DNA of 57,939 nt, filler included, from Malassezia furfur (taxonomy: Eukaryota), in assembly GCA_052055015.1 (NCBI GenBank). It is 3 parts of 3 records of this genome, joined end to end, with 100 filler letters (N's around TTAATTAATTAA, not from the genome) between each part and the next. Parts side by side here need not be neighbours in the genome. Positions count along the whole stretch, not along the records: positions 1 to 19,274 come from JBQJIT010000193.1; positions 19,375 to 38,609 come from JBQJIT010000194.1; 1 more part is not named here. One strand, 5' to 3'. Shown in pieces: positions 9,660 through 20,891 of this stretch (the first letter of the stretch is position 1; each line of letters begins with the position of its first letter). The notes under the pieces were generated by a model, which worked only from the letters and a program-made list of their open reading frames with translations, searched no databases and was not told the DNA's origin. The position numbers and the translations under genes are program-made.

Positions 9660-10550
9660 ATGAGCTTTAGTGTGCAGTCGCAGAACAAGGTGTTTGACGG
9701 CGTGTTGACCAAATACGCATTCACGTCCTCTGCTCTTGGCGGACTCGAGACAAAAATCAATGTCTTCGTCCCCCCCAAAGCGAGCTCGAGCACCAAAGCG
9801 CCTGTTCTTTATTATCTTGCAGGCCTGACATGTACTGAAGACAATGGCGCGCAGAAGGGCGCTTTCTTCGAGGCGGCCGCCCAAGAGGGGATCGCAATCG
9901 TGTTCCCTGATACGAGCCCCCGTGGCGCCAACATTGATGGCGAGGACGAATCGTGGGATTTCGGCACAGGTACGTGGACGCCACTGACACCAGGCGCGGG
10001 CTTCTACCTGAATGCGACCAAATCGCCTTGGAACAAGTACTACAATATGTACGACTTTGTCACTAAGGAGCTGCCTGAGAAACTCAAGGCTTCGAATCTC
10101 CCGCTCGACCTGGAAAAGTCTTCGATTTTCGGTCATTCGATGGGTGGCCATGGCGCGTTGGTTCTGTACCTGCGCGAGTTTGGCACGTACCGCTCGGTGT
10201 CCGCCTTTGCCCCCATTTGCCACCCAACGGCTTGCCCGTGGGGTGAGAAAGCGTTCAATGGATACCTGGAAGGTGGCATGGAAGCAGGCAAAGAGTACGA
10301 TGCCGTGGAACTTCTTGGCAAACTGGGCAAGACGAACGTCGACATCCTCGTCGACTGCGGCCTGGCGGACAACTTCTACAAGCAGAAGCAGCTGCTCCCT
10401 GAGACGCTTACCGAGGCTGCGAAGAAGGCTGGAATTGATACAAGCCGTGTCCAAGTGAACATGCGCGATGGCTACGACCACAGCTACTTCTTCATCAGCA
10501 CGTTCGGCCCTGAGCACATTCGCTGGCATGCCAAGTTCCTGCGTGCTTAA
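9660..10550 (+). CDS. S-formylglutathione hydrolase (esterase D), 1 in-frame intron
   Basis: YLAGLTCTEDN, PDTSPRG, GHSMGGHGA, YDHSYFFI; removing 9970-9993 restores WDFGTGAGFY. Confidence 0.95.
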   Translation: MSFSVQSQNKVFDGVLTKYAFTSSALGGLETKINVFVPPKASSSTKAPVLYYLAGLTCTEDNGAQKGAFFEAAAQEGIAIVFPDTSPRGANIDGEDESWDFGTGTWTPLTPGAGFYLNATKSPWNKYYNMYDFVTKELPEKLKASNLPLDLEKSSIFGHSMGGHGALVLYLREFGTYRSVSAFAPICHPTACPWGEKAFNGYLEGGMEAGKEYDAVELLGKLGKTNVDILVDCGLADNFYKQKQLLPETLTEAAKKAGIDTSRVQVNMRDGYDHSYFFISTFGPEHIRWHAKFLRA

Positions 10551-11609
10551 TTAGTTTGCTTTCGTAGCACGCTTGCGACGACGCGTAGGCGTCTTCTTGG
10601 TACTGCTGGACTCCTCCACGACTTCCTCGGCCGGCACGTCCTGCGGCTCGGTAAGTTCCGTGTCGCGCTTCGCGAGAAACGACTTGATCATCGTGACAGG
10701 CCATGTGGTCAGCAGAGAGGGAGCATTCTTGTCTTCCAGCGGCTCAATCGCAAACCACTCTTGTGTCGCCGGGTTGCTCGCAGCCATACTGCCATCCGCA
10801 TAGACCATGACGTCCAGCAAGTGGTTGTCCTCCGAGAAGTTGAGCGGCGCAGAAGTAACGGCCTTGCGCACCTTCTCGCCCTCCTCATTCCAATCCACAG
10901 TTCCGGCCTTGATGGCGCTCTCAGTGGGCGCCTTGGGGAAGTCGGGGAAGCCCGAGAGCGGCACACGCACCTTCTTCTCGTGTGGGCGTGCTTTGGGCTT
11001 AATGCCCTTGGTCGAATCTGACGGCGTCTGGAACCAGGCACCCCATGCAAGTGCATAGGCGCTCCGCCGAAGGTTCTCAATACGCTCCTTGTCTTTGCGC
11101 CAGTTGATCTTTTGCACCAGCAGCTGCATCCCCACAGAGAAAGCCACGAGCAAGAACAGCACCAGAGGGAGGCCGGGGCGGTACCGCTCGTAGTAGTAGC
11201 CTGTGCTCCGCCACTTGGGGAAGCCGTGCGAGAGGAAGTGGTCGTAACGGTCACGGCGCTCGTCGCGCAAGATCTTGTGAATTAAGCCGAGCTGCTCAAA
11301 CCGCTTGTACGCATTGGGTACGCCCGAGTTCTTGTCGGGGCTGTGTGAGCAAAAGACACATACTGCCACTCCAGACTTTTCTCACGGTACGCCTTGCGGA
11401 TTTGCGCCAGCGTCGCACTCGGCTTCAGGCCCATGATCGAATAGAAGTTGGCACCTGCGCCTTCCATCTTCTCCAGTGCATGCTGGAGGTCGAAAATCTT
11501 CATGAGAGCTTGAACGTACCTCAATGTCATCTTTGTCCCAGTTGGCTGCGTAGACAATCGCGCTCAGTGCAAAGAGCGCACTCAACACGAGAAACCTGGT
11601 AAGGTGCAT
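10551..11609 (-). CDS. ERJ5: ER J-domain membrane co-chaperone (Erj5/ERdj1-like), 2 introns
   Basis: Signal peptide, WDKDDIE^IFDL, HPDKN restored by intron 11341-11363, RYDHFLSHGFPKWR..YYYERYRPG, TM helix; first intron 11498-11519. Confidence 0.88.
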
Positions 11610-11722
11610 GTTGGTTGCCGATCGGCAAGCACAGCACGACCATCGATCGGGTCGATCGGGCACAACCTTCCTTTGTGTCGCGCACGGGGTACGTCGCGTG
11701 CGGAGACGAGGTGCTTCGCGCC

Positions 11723-12778
11723 ATGCCATTGCTTCCGTTTTGGGCATGCGCCGGTTACACGGTTGTATATGTCGGGTCGATTTATGTGCTCCCAAAGGTA
11801 TACGCATGGTTCTTCCCAGGAAAACAAATGGCAGAGAAGCGCAAACGTAATGAGCCTAGCGTGATTCGCGAACGGCTCTGGTCGGTTTCTGTCGCGACTT
11901 TCCTCAATCTTTTGGGTACGGCCTATGTTGTGCGTACGAGCGATTTAATCCAACGCAAGGTGTGTTGATATTACTCACGCCAGGGGCTGAATGGTGTCGC
12001 GCAAACGATGCAACTCATGGGTCTTCCTAGTCTCACTCCATCCTTGCTCACCTCCAACTTGCTTCCTTTCACCCCGGATTTACCCATATATGCTCTACAG
12101 CTGGGTAGAGTTGTAGGAGGTGCACTTCTCCTGACAGGTCTGGCCTACCTAGGCACCTTGTATTCGGACTACTGCGAGAAGTCGTTGCCAGCCCAACGCT
12201 ATTTTCGGCCACCAGCGACACGCCTCGAGTTCCTGCGCAATTTTGTGTTGGGCCCAACCACTGAAGAACTCGTCTTCCGGTCATGTATGCTTGCAACACT
12301 GCAATTTGGTGGTGCGAATCTCTCTCGGATAACCGCCATTCTTACCACGCCCCTCTATTTTGGACTGGCGCATCTGCATCACGCATATGAGCTATATCGA
12401 CACGACAAGACACCCAAGGCATTGCAGCGCGCCAGTCTAAGCGGAGGTTCGTCACGGATTCTCACAACAGTGATTCAGTTTGCCTACACAACCGTATTTG
12501 GTTGGTATGCTGACTACCTTTTCGTACGAACAGGTACGTTGGACTTCTTACTCCAGGTTCGGTCTTGGCGCCTTTGGCGGCACATATCTTCTGTAATGCC
12601 ATGGGTCTACCTCGCTTGCCGCACAATGTCTCTGGAGCTACATCTGCGTGGAGTAAGTGACATACATCGTCTGACTGCAGCCGTCGCGTTGCACATCTTG
12701 GGCGCCGCTGGATTCGTACTTTGCATGCCCTCCCTAACATCCTTGTCGCTATGCGACGCTTACAACTTTCAGTCATAG
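11723..12778 (+). CDS. RCE1: CAAX prenyl protease 2, 4 introns
   Basis: YVGSIY, RNFVLGPTTEELVFR, FGLAHLHH, QFAYTTVFG, HIFCNAMGLP (seen only after splicing); introns 11960-11983, 12447-12470, 12534-12556, 12653-12680. Confidence 0.9.
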
Positions 12779-12812
12779 ACCATTGCAATTGAAATCATCT
12801 ACAAAGAAATGT

Positions 12813-13155
12813 TTACTTGTTGAGGCCAAGCGACTCCTTAGCCGAGTTGACGGCGTTCTGGGCCTGCTCGGTGAAGCTCGAGCCAGCCGAGTTGCCAGAG
12901 CCGCCGAGGGTCTCCTTCAGGCTCTCGGTCTTCTCCGACAGGAAGTTCTTCGCATCCTGGCCGTACTCGCTAGCGGCTGCGGTGTTAGTATTCGATGATC
13001 GAATATGACCACGTACTGTTCGAGAGGCTGCTGGCCTCGTTCTTGCCCTGCTGGGACAGGTCGCTAGCCTGGTTCTTGCCCTGCTGGGCGTACTCGCTGG
13101 CCTGGTTCGAGAGGTTGCTGGCCTGGTCCTTAGCTTGCTGAGTGTAAGAAGACAT
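12813..13155 (-). CDS. 100-aa hydrophilin, LEA/Hsp12-like, 1 intron
   Basis: 11-mer repeats QQAKDQASNLS/QQGKNQASDLS/QQGKNEASSLS; intron 12977-13016 joins to TASEYGQDAKNF..AKESLGLNK*; strong codon bias. Confidence 0.8.
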
Positions 13156-13197
13156 GTTTGAGGGTTGGTGGGGTCCTTCGTGCACCAGAAGACCCCA

Positions 13198-13206
13198 TTT
13201 TTATAG
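13198..13206 (-). promoter_or_regulatory. TATA box of the hydrophilin gene
   Basis: CTATAAAAA about 43 nt upstream of ATG 13155; the clearest TATA I saw in the window. Confidence 0.65.
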
Positions 13207-13707
13207 CTTCATTACGAGCGGTGTGCCGCCCCCGAACATCCGTGCGTAGCAAGCACGGGTAGCACACCGCCCTCAATTATTTGCGGAGTAACCTGGACGG
13301 GCGTCCGTGCGGCCAGGGTGCCCGTTCAAAGGACCAATCAGCGGTCGACATCTCTTAGGAGGCCAAGCGATGATTTGTTCGCTTTACTAACCGTGCGGAG
13401 TAGGGCCAGAAACTGCGCGTGCGCGGACGAGGAAGGCTCGGCGAAACCTGGGGCGGGGGCACGAGCGCTGGAAGCTTCTGGATGGCGTGCCAGATGTTGC
13501 CCGTTTATTGGGTTAGTGGGGAGGATTCGCGGGGAATTCGACCTGGCGGTGCGGGGATGCCCAGGAAGTGACGTGTCGGTGCAACGGTTCATCTATGATG
13601 TCATTTGGGTCAGTGCGCGCCGAGCGTATCTTAGGGCGTTGCGCCACGTTTAGTCAGCCTAGTGGTGGGACTCGCGCAGTGCCAGCACGTACAGCGCACG
13701 CACCATC

Positions 13708-14887
13708 ATGGCAACAGGTTATTTGGCAGCAGAGCGCCGTGTCGCCATTGAAGCAGTTCAGGCTGCGTGCTCAATCACGACGAAAGTGTTCCAGAGCCTC
13801 GTATCTAGTGAATCGATCACAAAAAAAGACAAGTCGCCCGTCACCATTGGCGACTTTAGTGCACAGGCGGCTGTGAATGAAGTGCTCTCGCATCATTTCC
13901 CAGATGACGGCATCGTCGGCGAGGAAGATTCGGCAGATCTCCAGGGCGAGCAGGGCGCGGACCTGCGCGGCAAAGTGTCGCACCTCGTGAATGAGTCGCT
14001 GCTGCAGCATGGCCAGACGAAGACGCCCCTGTCCGACACGCAGCTTCTGAACGCCATCGACTTGGGCTCGTTCCCGGGCGGCAAATCGAAGCGTATGTCA
14101 TCCAACTTACGCAGGGTTCTGGGCGCTTGACCCGATCGATGGAACCAAGGGGTTCCTGCGCGGCGGTCAGTACGCCGTGTGCCTTGCGTTGCTTGTCGAC
14201 GGGCGTGTGGAGCTGGGCGTAATGGGCTGCCCGAACCTGCCCCTCGACTCGTCACAGCCGAAGCCGGCAGACGGTGAGATCCGCTCGAAGCAGATTCCAG
14301 GCCTCGGTGCGCTGTTTGTGGCGGTCCGTGGACAAGGCGCCGTGGTGGTGTGTAGCAATGCGTGAAGCTGACATACAGCGTCCGATCCAGGGCAGCGATG
14401 TCACCGAAAAGCCGATCTACATGCGCGACCTCCAGGGCGACTTTACGAAGTCGGCATTTTGTGAATCCGTCGAGGCTGGGCACTCGTCGCTGACCACGAA
14501 TGCGCGCATCGCTGAGCTGCTCGGTATTCCAAAGGACCATTCGGTACGCATGGACAGCCAGGCGAAGTACGCGAGCATTGCGCGTGGCGATGGCGACATT
14601 TACCTGCGTCTGCCCGTGGGCGATGGCAGCTATCAGGAAAAGATTTGGGTACGTCTACGAGACTCACCGTGCAGGATCATGCCGCAGGCACGCTGCTGGT
14701 CGAAGAGGCCGGCGGTACGGTTTCCGACATTGCGGGCCGCCCGTTGGACTTCAGCCAAGGCCGTACGCTGAACAAAAACCGCGGCGTGATTGCATGCCAG
14801 ACCAACATGCACGGCCGGCTGACCGAGGCGGTGGCCCAAGCGCTGCACGAGGAAGGGCGTGAGCAGCTGCTCGCGCCGGTGCCGTAG
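13708..14887 (+). CDS. MET22: 3'(2'),5'-bisphosphate nucleotidase, 3 introns
   Basis: [45 protein letters not shown]^DHAAG; introns 14093-14114, 14348-14378, 14649-14674. Confidence 0.95.
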
Positions 14888-14952
14888 ACGATCGGGCGAT
14901 CGGGGGAGCGAGTAGGAAGGTGCCGCGTGGGGCAAGCGTGCGCTCCACCACT

Positions 14953-15887
14953 ATGAGCACGCATTCGTACGCGAACCTGCTGCCGCCGTCGTGGAAGACG
15001 GTGGTGCTGGAGTGGTTCAAGGAAGACTGTCCGTCGTTTGATTGGGGCGGGTATGTTGTAGGTGAGGCGGAGCGCACCGCGACGCTGCTGTGCAAGACAG
15101 AGGGCGTGCTGGCCGGTGTGCCGTTCGTGAACGCCGTGTTCGAGGAGATGCAGTGCAGCGTCACCTGGAACTTCGACGAGGGATACTTTTTCACGGCAAA
15201 GGACAGTGTGCCCGGTACACCCGAGGGGCGCGTCAAGGTCGCCGTGGCGCACGTGCGGGGCCCGACGCGGAACCTGCTGCTGGGCGAGCGCGTGGCCCTC
15301 AACACGTTGGCACGGTGTTCCGGCATTGCGACGGCGTACGTGCACCACACTCACGCAGATCTCGGCGCATGCTGAATGCCGCGCGCGCAGCCAACTACCG
15401 CGGGATTGTCGCAGGCACGCGCAAGACCACGCCCGGCTTCCGGCTGGTGGAGAAGTACGGCATGATTGTAGGGGGTGTGGACGCGCACCGCTACGACCTG
15501 AGCAGCATGGTGATGCTCAAGGACAACCACGTGTGGAGCACGGGCTCCATAACGAACGCAGTAGAAGCGGCGCGGCGTGCCGCGGGCTTTTCGCTACGGA
15601 TCGACGTCGAGGTGCAGTCCAAGGCGGAGGCGGAGGAGGCCATCCGCGCGGGTGCCGACGTGGTGATGCTCGACAACATGACGGGCGATGAGCTGGTGGC
15701 GTGTGCGCGCTCGCTCAAGGGGGAGCTGGGCGGTGCGCACCGCTTCCTGCTCGAGAGCAGCGGCGGCATCACGTTGGCCAACTTGGAGCAAGGGGCGCAC
15801 CTCGACGATGCGATCGACATCATCAGCACGAGCGCGATCCACCAGTCGACGCAGCACGTCGATTTCAGTTTGAAGATTGACCACTAG
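14953..15887 (+). CDS. BNA6: Quinolinate phosphoribosyltransferase, 1 intron
   Basis: [48 protein letters not shown]; intron 15336-15358. Confidence 0.95.
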
Positions 15888-15903
15888 ATAGGCCTATGCA
15901 ATG

Positions 15904-18900
15904 CTACTGTCCTGCGACCATCGAGGTGAGGATGTCGGACAGGATGCGCGGGATGTCGCGCGTGTTCTGCGCGACAAAGGCGCGGCCGCGGAGGATCTGC
16001 GCGGCCTGCATCGCCTCAGGTCCCTTGTCGATAAAGATCACGGCCGACTTGACCTTGTCGTTGCTCTTGAGCGCGTGGCCGAGCGCCTCGGGCGTGATGT
16101 GGTAGCGCGCGAGGTTGGCGTCGCTCAGCGCGATCACAAAGTAGTCGTCGGCGTTGTCGTCGTTCGCGACCTCCTTGATCGACTGCTCGATGCACTCGAC
16201 CGTGTTGTCACCCGAGAAGCAGAAGCGCATGATGGTCACCACGTCGCGCAGGATGCGGAAGCGGTCGCCGTCGGTCTGCGGCAGCTGGTTGAGCTTGATC
16301 AGCGGGATGACCTGCTGGTCGCCCGAGTGCGCCACCATGTCGAACGCAAAGCGCGACGTGTCGACGCGCTTCATCGCCTCCATGATGAGCATCGCGGCCT
16401 CGAGCTCGCGCGAGAGGCGCCCGTCGAACTGCATGTGGTACATCGACGCGCTGGCGTCCAGGATGATGCGGATGCGCTTGGGCTTGGTTTGCGGCGCGCC
16501 AATCTCCGGCGGCGCCTCCTGGCGGCGCTTGAAGATGGCGCGCTCGCCGACGAGGCCCTCGCTCAGGCGGCGCTCGTCGAGCTGCCCCTCTTGCTGGCGC
16601 ACCATCCACTTGCGCTCGTGCTCGTTCGCAGTGAGCGCATTGAGCACGTTGGCGAGGTGCTGCACCTGCGCGGCGACCTGCTTCTGGATCTGGAGCAGGT
16701 ACTGCGCCTCTTCGGGCTCGAGGCGGTCTGCCTTGAGCTTCTCGGCGAGTGCCTTTTGCGCCATGGCGCGCGCCTCGTTGGTGATGTGCTCGGGCACCTG
16801 CTGCTTGAGCTCGTCGGGGATCTGGTGGATCTTGTGGCCCTTGTACAGCCGCTCGTAGCCGCCGCGCCCGCCGAGGCCCGCCGTGTCGCGCCCGCCGGTG
16901 CCGCCGCGGAAGGTGTTGCCGCCGACGTGGATTTCGTCGTCCTCTACGCCGTTCTTGGGCTTGTCGAGGCTCGTGTCGCCCGGCGGGTCGTACGCGACCT
17001 GGCCCGGGCTGTGCTTGGCCTTGTCGGCGGCGTGCGCCCGGAGCTCCTCGAGCGAGAGGTTGCCGACCTTGAGCCCGTTGCGCGCAAACGTCTCCTGGAC
17101 GAGCTTCATCGCCTCGGGGCGGTGCAGGTCGAACGCGAGCATGTTGAGCATCACCTCGCTGAGCGGCTCGTCGGGGTACTGGTTGAGGTGGCGCACGATG
17201 TGGATCAGCTCGCGCAGCGAGTAGGGGTGGTTGATCAGGTCCTCCTCGAACGCCGTGCGCAGGTCCTGGAACGCGAGCACCAGCTTGCCGATCAGCTTCG
17301 GGTCGACGCGCGGCGCCATGCGCTCCAGCAGCTCGCGCTCCGACTTCGCATCGGGGTTCGCCACCGCGTAGCACGAGAAGCCCTCGCCGATCACCTCGGT
17401 GAACGAGTTGCCCAGGAAGGGCCAGCCCGGCCGGTTGGCGAGCAGCACGAGGCGGAAGTCGGGGTGCACCTCGATGCCGCCCGCGACGTGCGTGCCGTGC
17501 GGTACGACGCGCCGGCCGTCGGGCAGCGACAGCTCGCCGCGCTCCGCGAGCGACTTGAACACGGCCGAGACCGACGCAGAGCACTTGTCGACCTCGTCGA
17601 CCACAATCACGCGCCCGAGGCGCAGCGCACGCACGAGCGGCGAGTCGGCGTAGCGCAGCTGGCCGTCCTCGAGGTAGGCGCGCTGCAGCAGCTCGCCGAC
17701 GGTCGAGTCGCGGTTCATCTGGATGTACTCGCGCGGGCGGTCGAGCAGCTCGAGCGCCTGGTCGATGATCTTGTTCTTGCCCGTGCCCTGCGCGCCCATG
17801 AGCAGCAGGTGCTCCTTCAGCACCACCAGGTCCTGCATGAGCGAATACAGCAGGCGCGACTGCTGTGCGTTGTGGAAGAAGGAGCCGCGCGCGTCGGGGA
17901 TCAGCGACGCGCCGTCGGGGTCGTGCGTGCGCCAGTCGTACTGCGGCACGGTGAGCAGCGTGCGCTCCCCCTCGGCGGCACGGAACGTGAGCGTGCGCTG
18001 CGCCGCATCCACCGTGGGCGGCGCAACGGCCACCGGCGGGATGTACTGCGCCGCGCCCTCGTACCCGTGCGGCACGAGCCCGGCCTCGAGCAGCATCGTC
18101 TTGAGCACGTCGCGCACCGTGCGCGGCAGAAAGTCGGCGAGCTGGTTGCGCCACACGAGCGCGTACACGTCCGTCTCCGGGAAGTGCGCGAGGCGGTTCG
18201 CGAAGCGCAGCAGCTGGCGCGTGCCGAGGCGCCGCGCCTTGTGCAGGCCGACGTTGGGGTCGGCGCTCTCGCGGCGGTAGCGCTGCGCAAACGCGAGCAG
18301 CTGGTCGACGCGCGCGCGCGCGAGGCCCGTGCGCTTCTCGAGCACGTCACGCTCCTCGCCCTCGTCCATCGGCGGCGCCGCGAGCGTCGCAAACATCGTC
18401 GCGACACTCTCCGAGAGCCACTGCGCGGCGCTCGGCGCGCTCGCAACAATCCGCACATTGCGCGCCATCGGGCACACGGTGCCGGACGTGAGGCGCCCGC
18501 GCGTGCCGGGCGGCGCAAGCGTGAGCCGCGTGCCCTCCCACAGCTCCAGCTCGCGGTCCTGCGTGAGGCGCGCGAGGCTCTCGAGCGTCGAGCCGAGCAC
18601 GTCGGCGCCCGCGAGGTGCACGAGCGTGCCGTCCACGGCGCCGAGCGTGAGCGGCGCGGGGTGCCACACCGTCGCGCCGTCGGGCGACGTGCCGCGGCGC
18701 ATCACGAGCTCGTTGCCGCTCACGTCCTTGTACAGCCAGAGCGTCTCGACGGGGTAGCCCAGCAGCGCGCCAAACACGCCGATGCACACCGACTTGGACG
18801 TCGACGCCTGCGCGTGCACCGCGTCACCCGCGAGCGACGCAGGCACCACACACACGTCGCGCCCGAGCGCGTGCAGCTGCAGCATCGTCGACAGCATCGC

Positions 18901-19274
18901 CATGACGCGCGGCGACAGCTGCACGTCGCCCAAGTGCGCGGGCAGCGCATCGAGCGGCACGAGCGGCTGCGCACCGCACGGCGCATCGACCGACACGCGC
19001 GTGCCGTGCACAACGTGCGTGAAGGTGAGCGTCGCCACATTGTCCTCGCCCTCCTTGCGCACGATCGACGCAATCCGGTAGCCCAGCAGGCCCGCGCCCT
19101 CGGCGTACGTCGACGTGCACCCGTCGCCCACGCCGTCGGCGAGCGCGAGGCGCGCCAGCATCTCACGCAGCACCGCCTGCTTGTCGCGCGGCATCTCCAG
19201 CAGCGCAGGGTACGCCGTGCTGAGCAGCGCGAGCGTCGGCTGCGCCGTGTCGGGCAGCGCGCCGGCCGGCGCCG
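15904..19274 (-). CDS. VWA8: VWA8 (AAA+ / von Willebrand A protein), 5' part lost in assembly gap
   Basis: Walker A GAQGTGKN, Walker B IVVDEVDK, HPDFRL, HVGGNTFRGGTGGRDTAGLGGRGG, MIDAS DASASM, VIALSDANL. Confidence 0.88.
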
Positions 19275-19374
19275 NNNNNNNNNNNNNNNNNNNNNNNNNN
19301 NNNNNNNNNNNNNNNNNNTTAATTAATTAANNNNNNNNNNNNNNNNNNNNNNNNNNNNNNNNNNNNNNNNNNNN
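19275..19374. other. Artificial scaffold linker (44N-TTAATTAATTAA-44N)
   Basis: Six-frame stop linker centred in exactly 100 bp; genes on both sides are truncated. Confidence 0.97.
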
Positions 19375-20891
19375 GCCTCGGCGTGCGGCGCACACCACGC
19401 GGCGTGCAGCACCGGCGTGGGGTCGGGGATGCCGAGCACGAGCGTGCGCGGCGCGCGCTCGAGCATCCACGACACGGCGCGGAGCGCGCGCGCCGACGCA
19501 CACAGCAGCTCGTTGGTGACGCTCAGCACGTACAGCTTGCGCTCTGTGCCGCTCGTGGCGTCGACGACGCGCTGCGGCGCGGCGCGCAGCGAGATGAGCT
19601 CGCAGAAGCGCGCATAGGCGCCGCCCAGCTCGGCGCACGCCGCGGCGTACTCGTGCGTGAGCGGCGGCGCGGCCCATGCGTCGGCGGTGTAGGCGCCGAC
19701 GGACTCGACGAGCGCGGTGAAGTAGTGCGCGCTCGCGGTGAGCGTGCGGCGCACATCGACCACGCGCTGGAACGCAAAGTTCAGGTGCAGGTCCTCAAAC
19801 GTGTGCAGCTGCCCAAAGAACGCCGCGGCCACCGAGGCCACCTGCTCGTATGCCGAGTGGGCCACGTCGAGCAGCTGGCTCGGCGACACGGCGAGCACGT
19901 CGCTGGTGCGCCGCTCGAGGCCGTCGCTCAGTTCGGCGCTGCGTGCGCTGCGCTCCGACTCGGCAGAGTCACGCACGCTCGAGCACGTGTCGTGCACCGA
20001 CAGCTCGTCGAGCAGCGACGGCGTCTGCGACAGCGACCCGTCGGAACAAGCGTGCCGGCTGTCGGCGTCGCCCGACCCGCGGCGCATCGGTGGCGCGGCC
20101 GTCGCGCGGTCCACCAGCTCGGCTGCGGCCAGCATCACGCTGTTCAGGCCGAGCGCGGCGTCCGCATAGCTCGCCTCGGGCTTGGCGCGCGCCGCCTCGA
20201 TGCGGCCGAGCAGCTCGCTGAGCTGCACCGCGAGCGCGTCGCGCTGCGCCGCGAGCGAGCGGCTCGGCACGCGCTGGACACGCTTCGTGTCCTCGATGAG
20301 CGCGTGCACCGCCACGTCCAGCGCGCGGAGCGCCGCATCGCTCGGCGCGCGCGCCTCGAGCGCGTCGTGCAGCGCATGTGCCGCACGCACACTGGCGCTC
20401 AGCAGCGGCATGGGCGTGTCGGGCACGTACAGCTCGGCGAGCGCACGCTCCGACGCATGCGACGCGCGGGGGCTCGCACGCACCGTGCTCGAGCGTGCCG
20501 ACGCGGGGTCGTCGCGCGCCGCCGCCTTGATGCCGGCCGCATGCGGCTGCGGGTAGGGCGGCTGCTGCTGCTGCCACGCCGTATATTCCATCAGAAAACT
20601 CGCAGGCACCCAGCCACGCTCGCCGTGTGCCTCGACGTCGCACCAGCCCGACGTGTCGAGCGCGTGCCGCGTCACAATCTGCCCGGCCACGAGGCGGAGG
20701 CATCCCAGCGCAATGCTGGGGTCGAAATCGTGCAGCGCAATCATCCGCACGAGCGCGGGCGCGAGCGACGCGCGCTCAGAGCGCGTCGGCGCCGCATACG
20801 CGTCGCCAGATGTCACCGCACACGCGTCGAAGCGCGCACACAACTGGATGGGGTCGGTCGCCATGCCGATGGCATCTGTCGTGCACGCCAT
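19375..20891 (-). CDS. SH3-containing protein, probably the N-terminus of a Cdc25-type Ras GEF; 3' part lost in gap
   Basis: SH3 ALHDFD..CLRLVAGQIV..DTSGWCD..RGWVPASF followed by helical regions typical of fungal RasGEF N-termini; catalytic domain not visible. Confidence 0.6.

Noticed and set aside
13156..13707. Centromere or RNA gene in the long spacer
   Set aside because: No AT-rich trough, tRNA cloverleaf or snRNA motif; explained as promoter space
15901..19326. 1141-aa antisense ORF (likewise 19383-21023, 28761-30113, 30551-31567, 35072-36343, 56370-57908)
   Set aside because: Shadow ORFs from GC3-biased codons opposite real genes; no recognisable motifs
19319..19330. TTAATTAATTAA palindrome flanked by Ns (also 38654-38665) as a biological element
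   Set aside because: Six-frame-stop spacer inserted when joining contigs; identical 100-bp geometry both times
15904..20891. SH3 protein and VWA8 as one fused gene
   Set aside because: They are joined only by the artificial linker; both lack large parts, so the real gap is probably several kb
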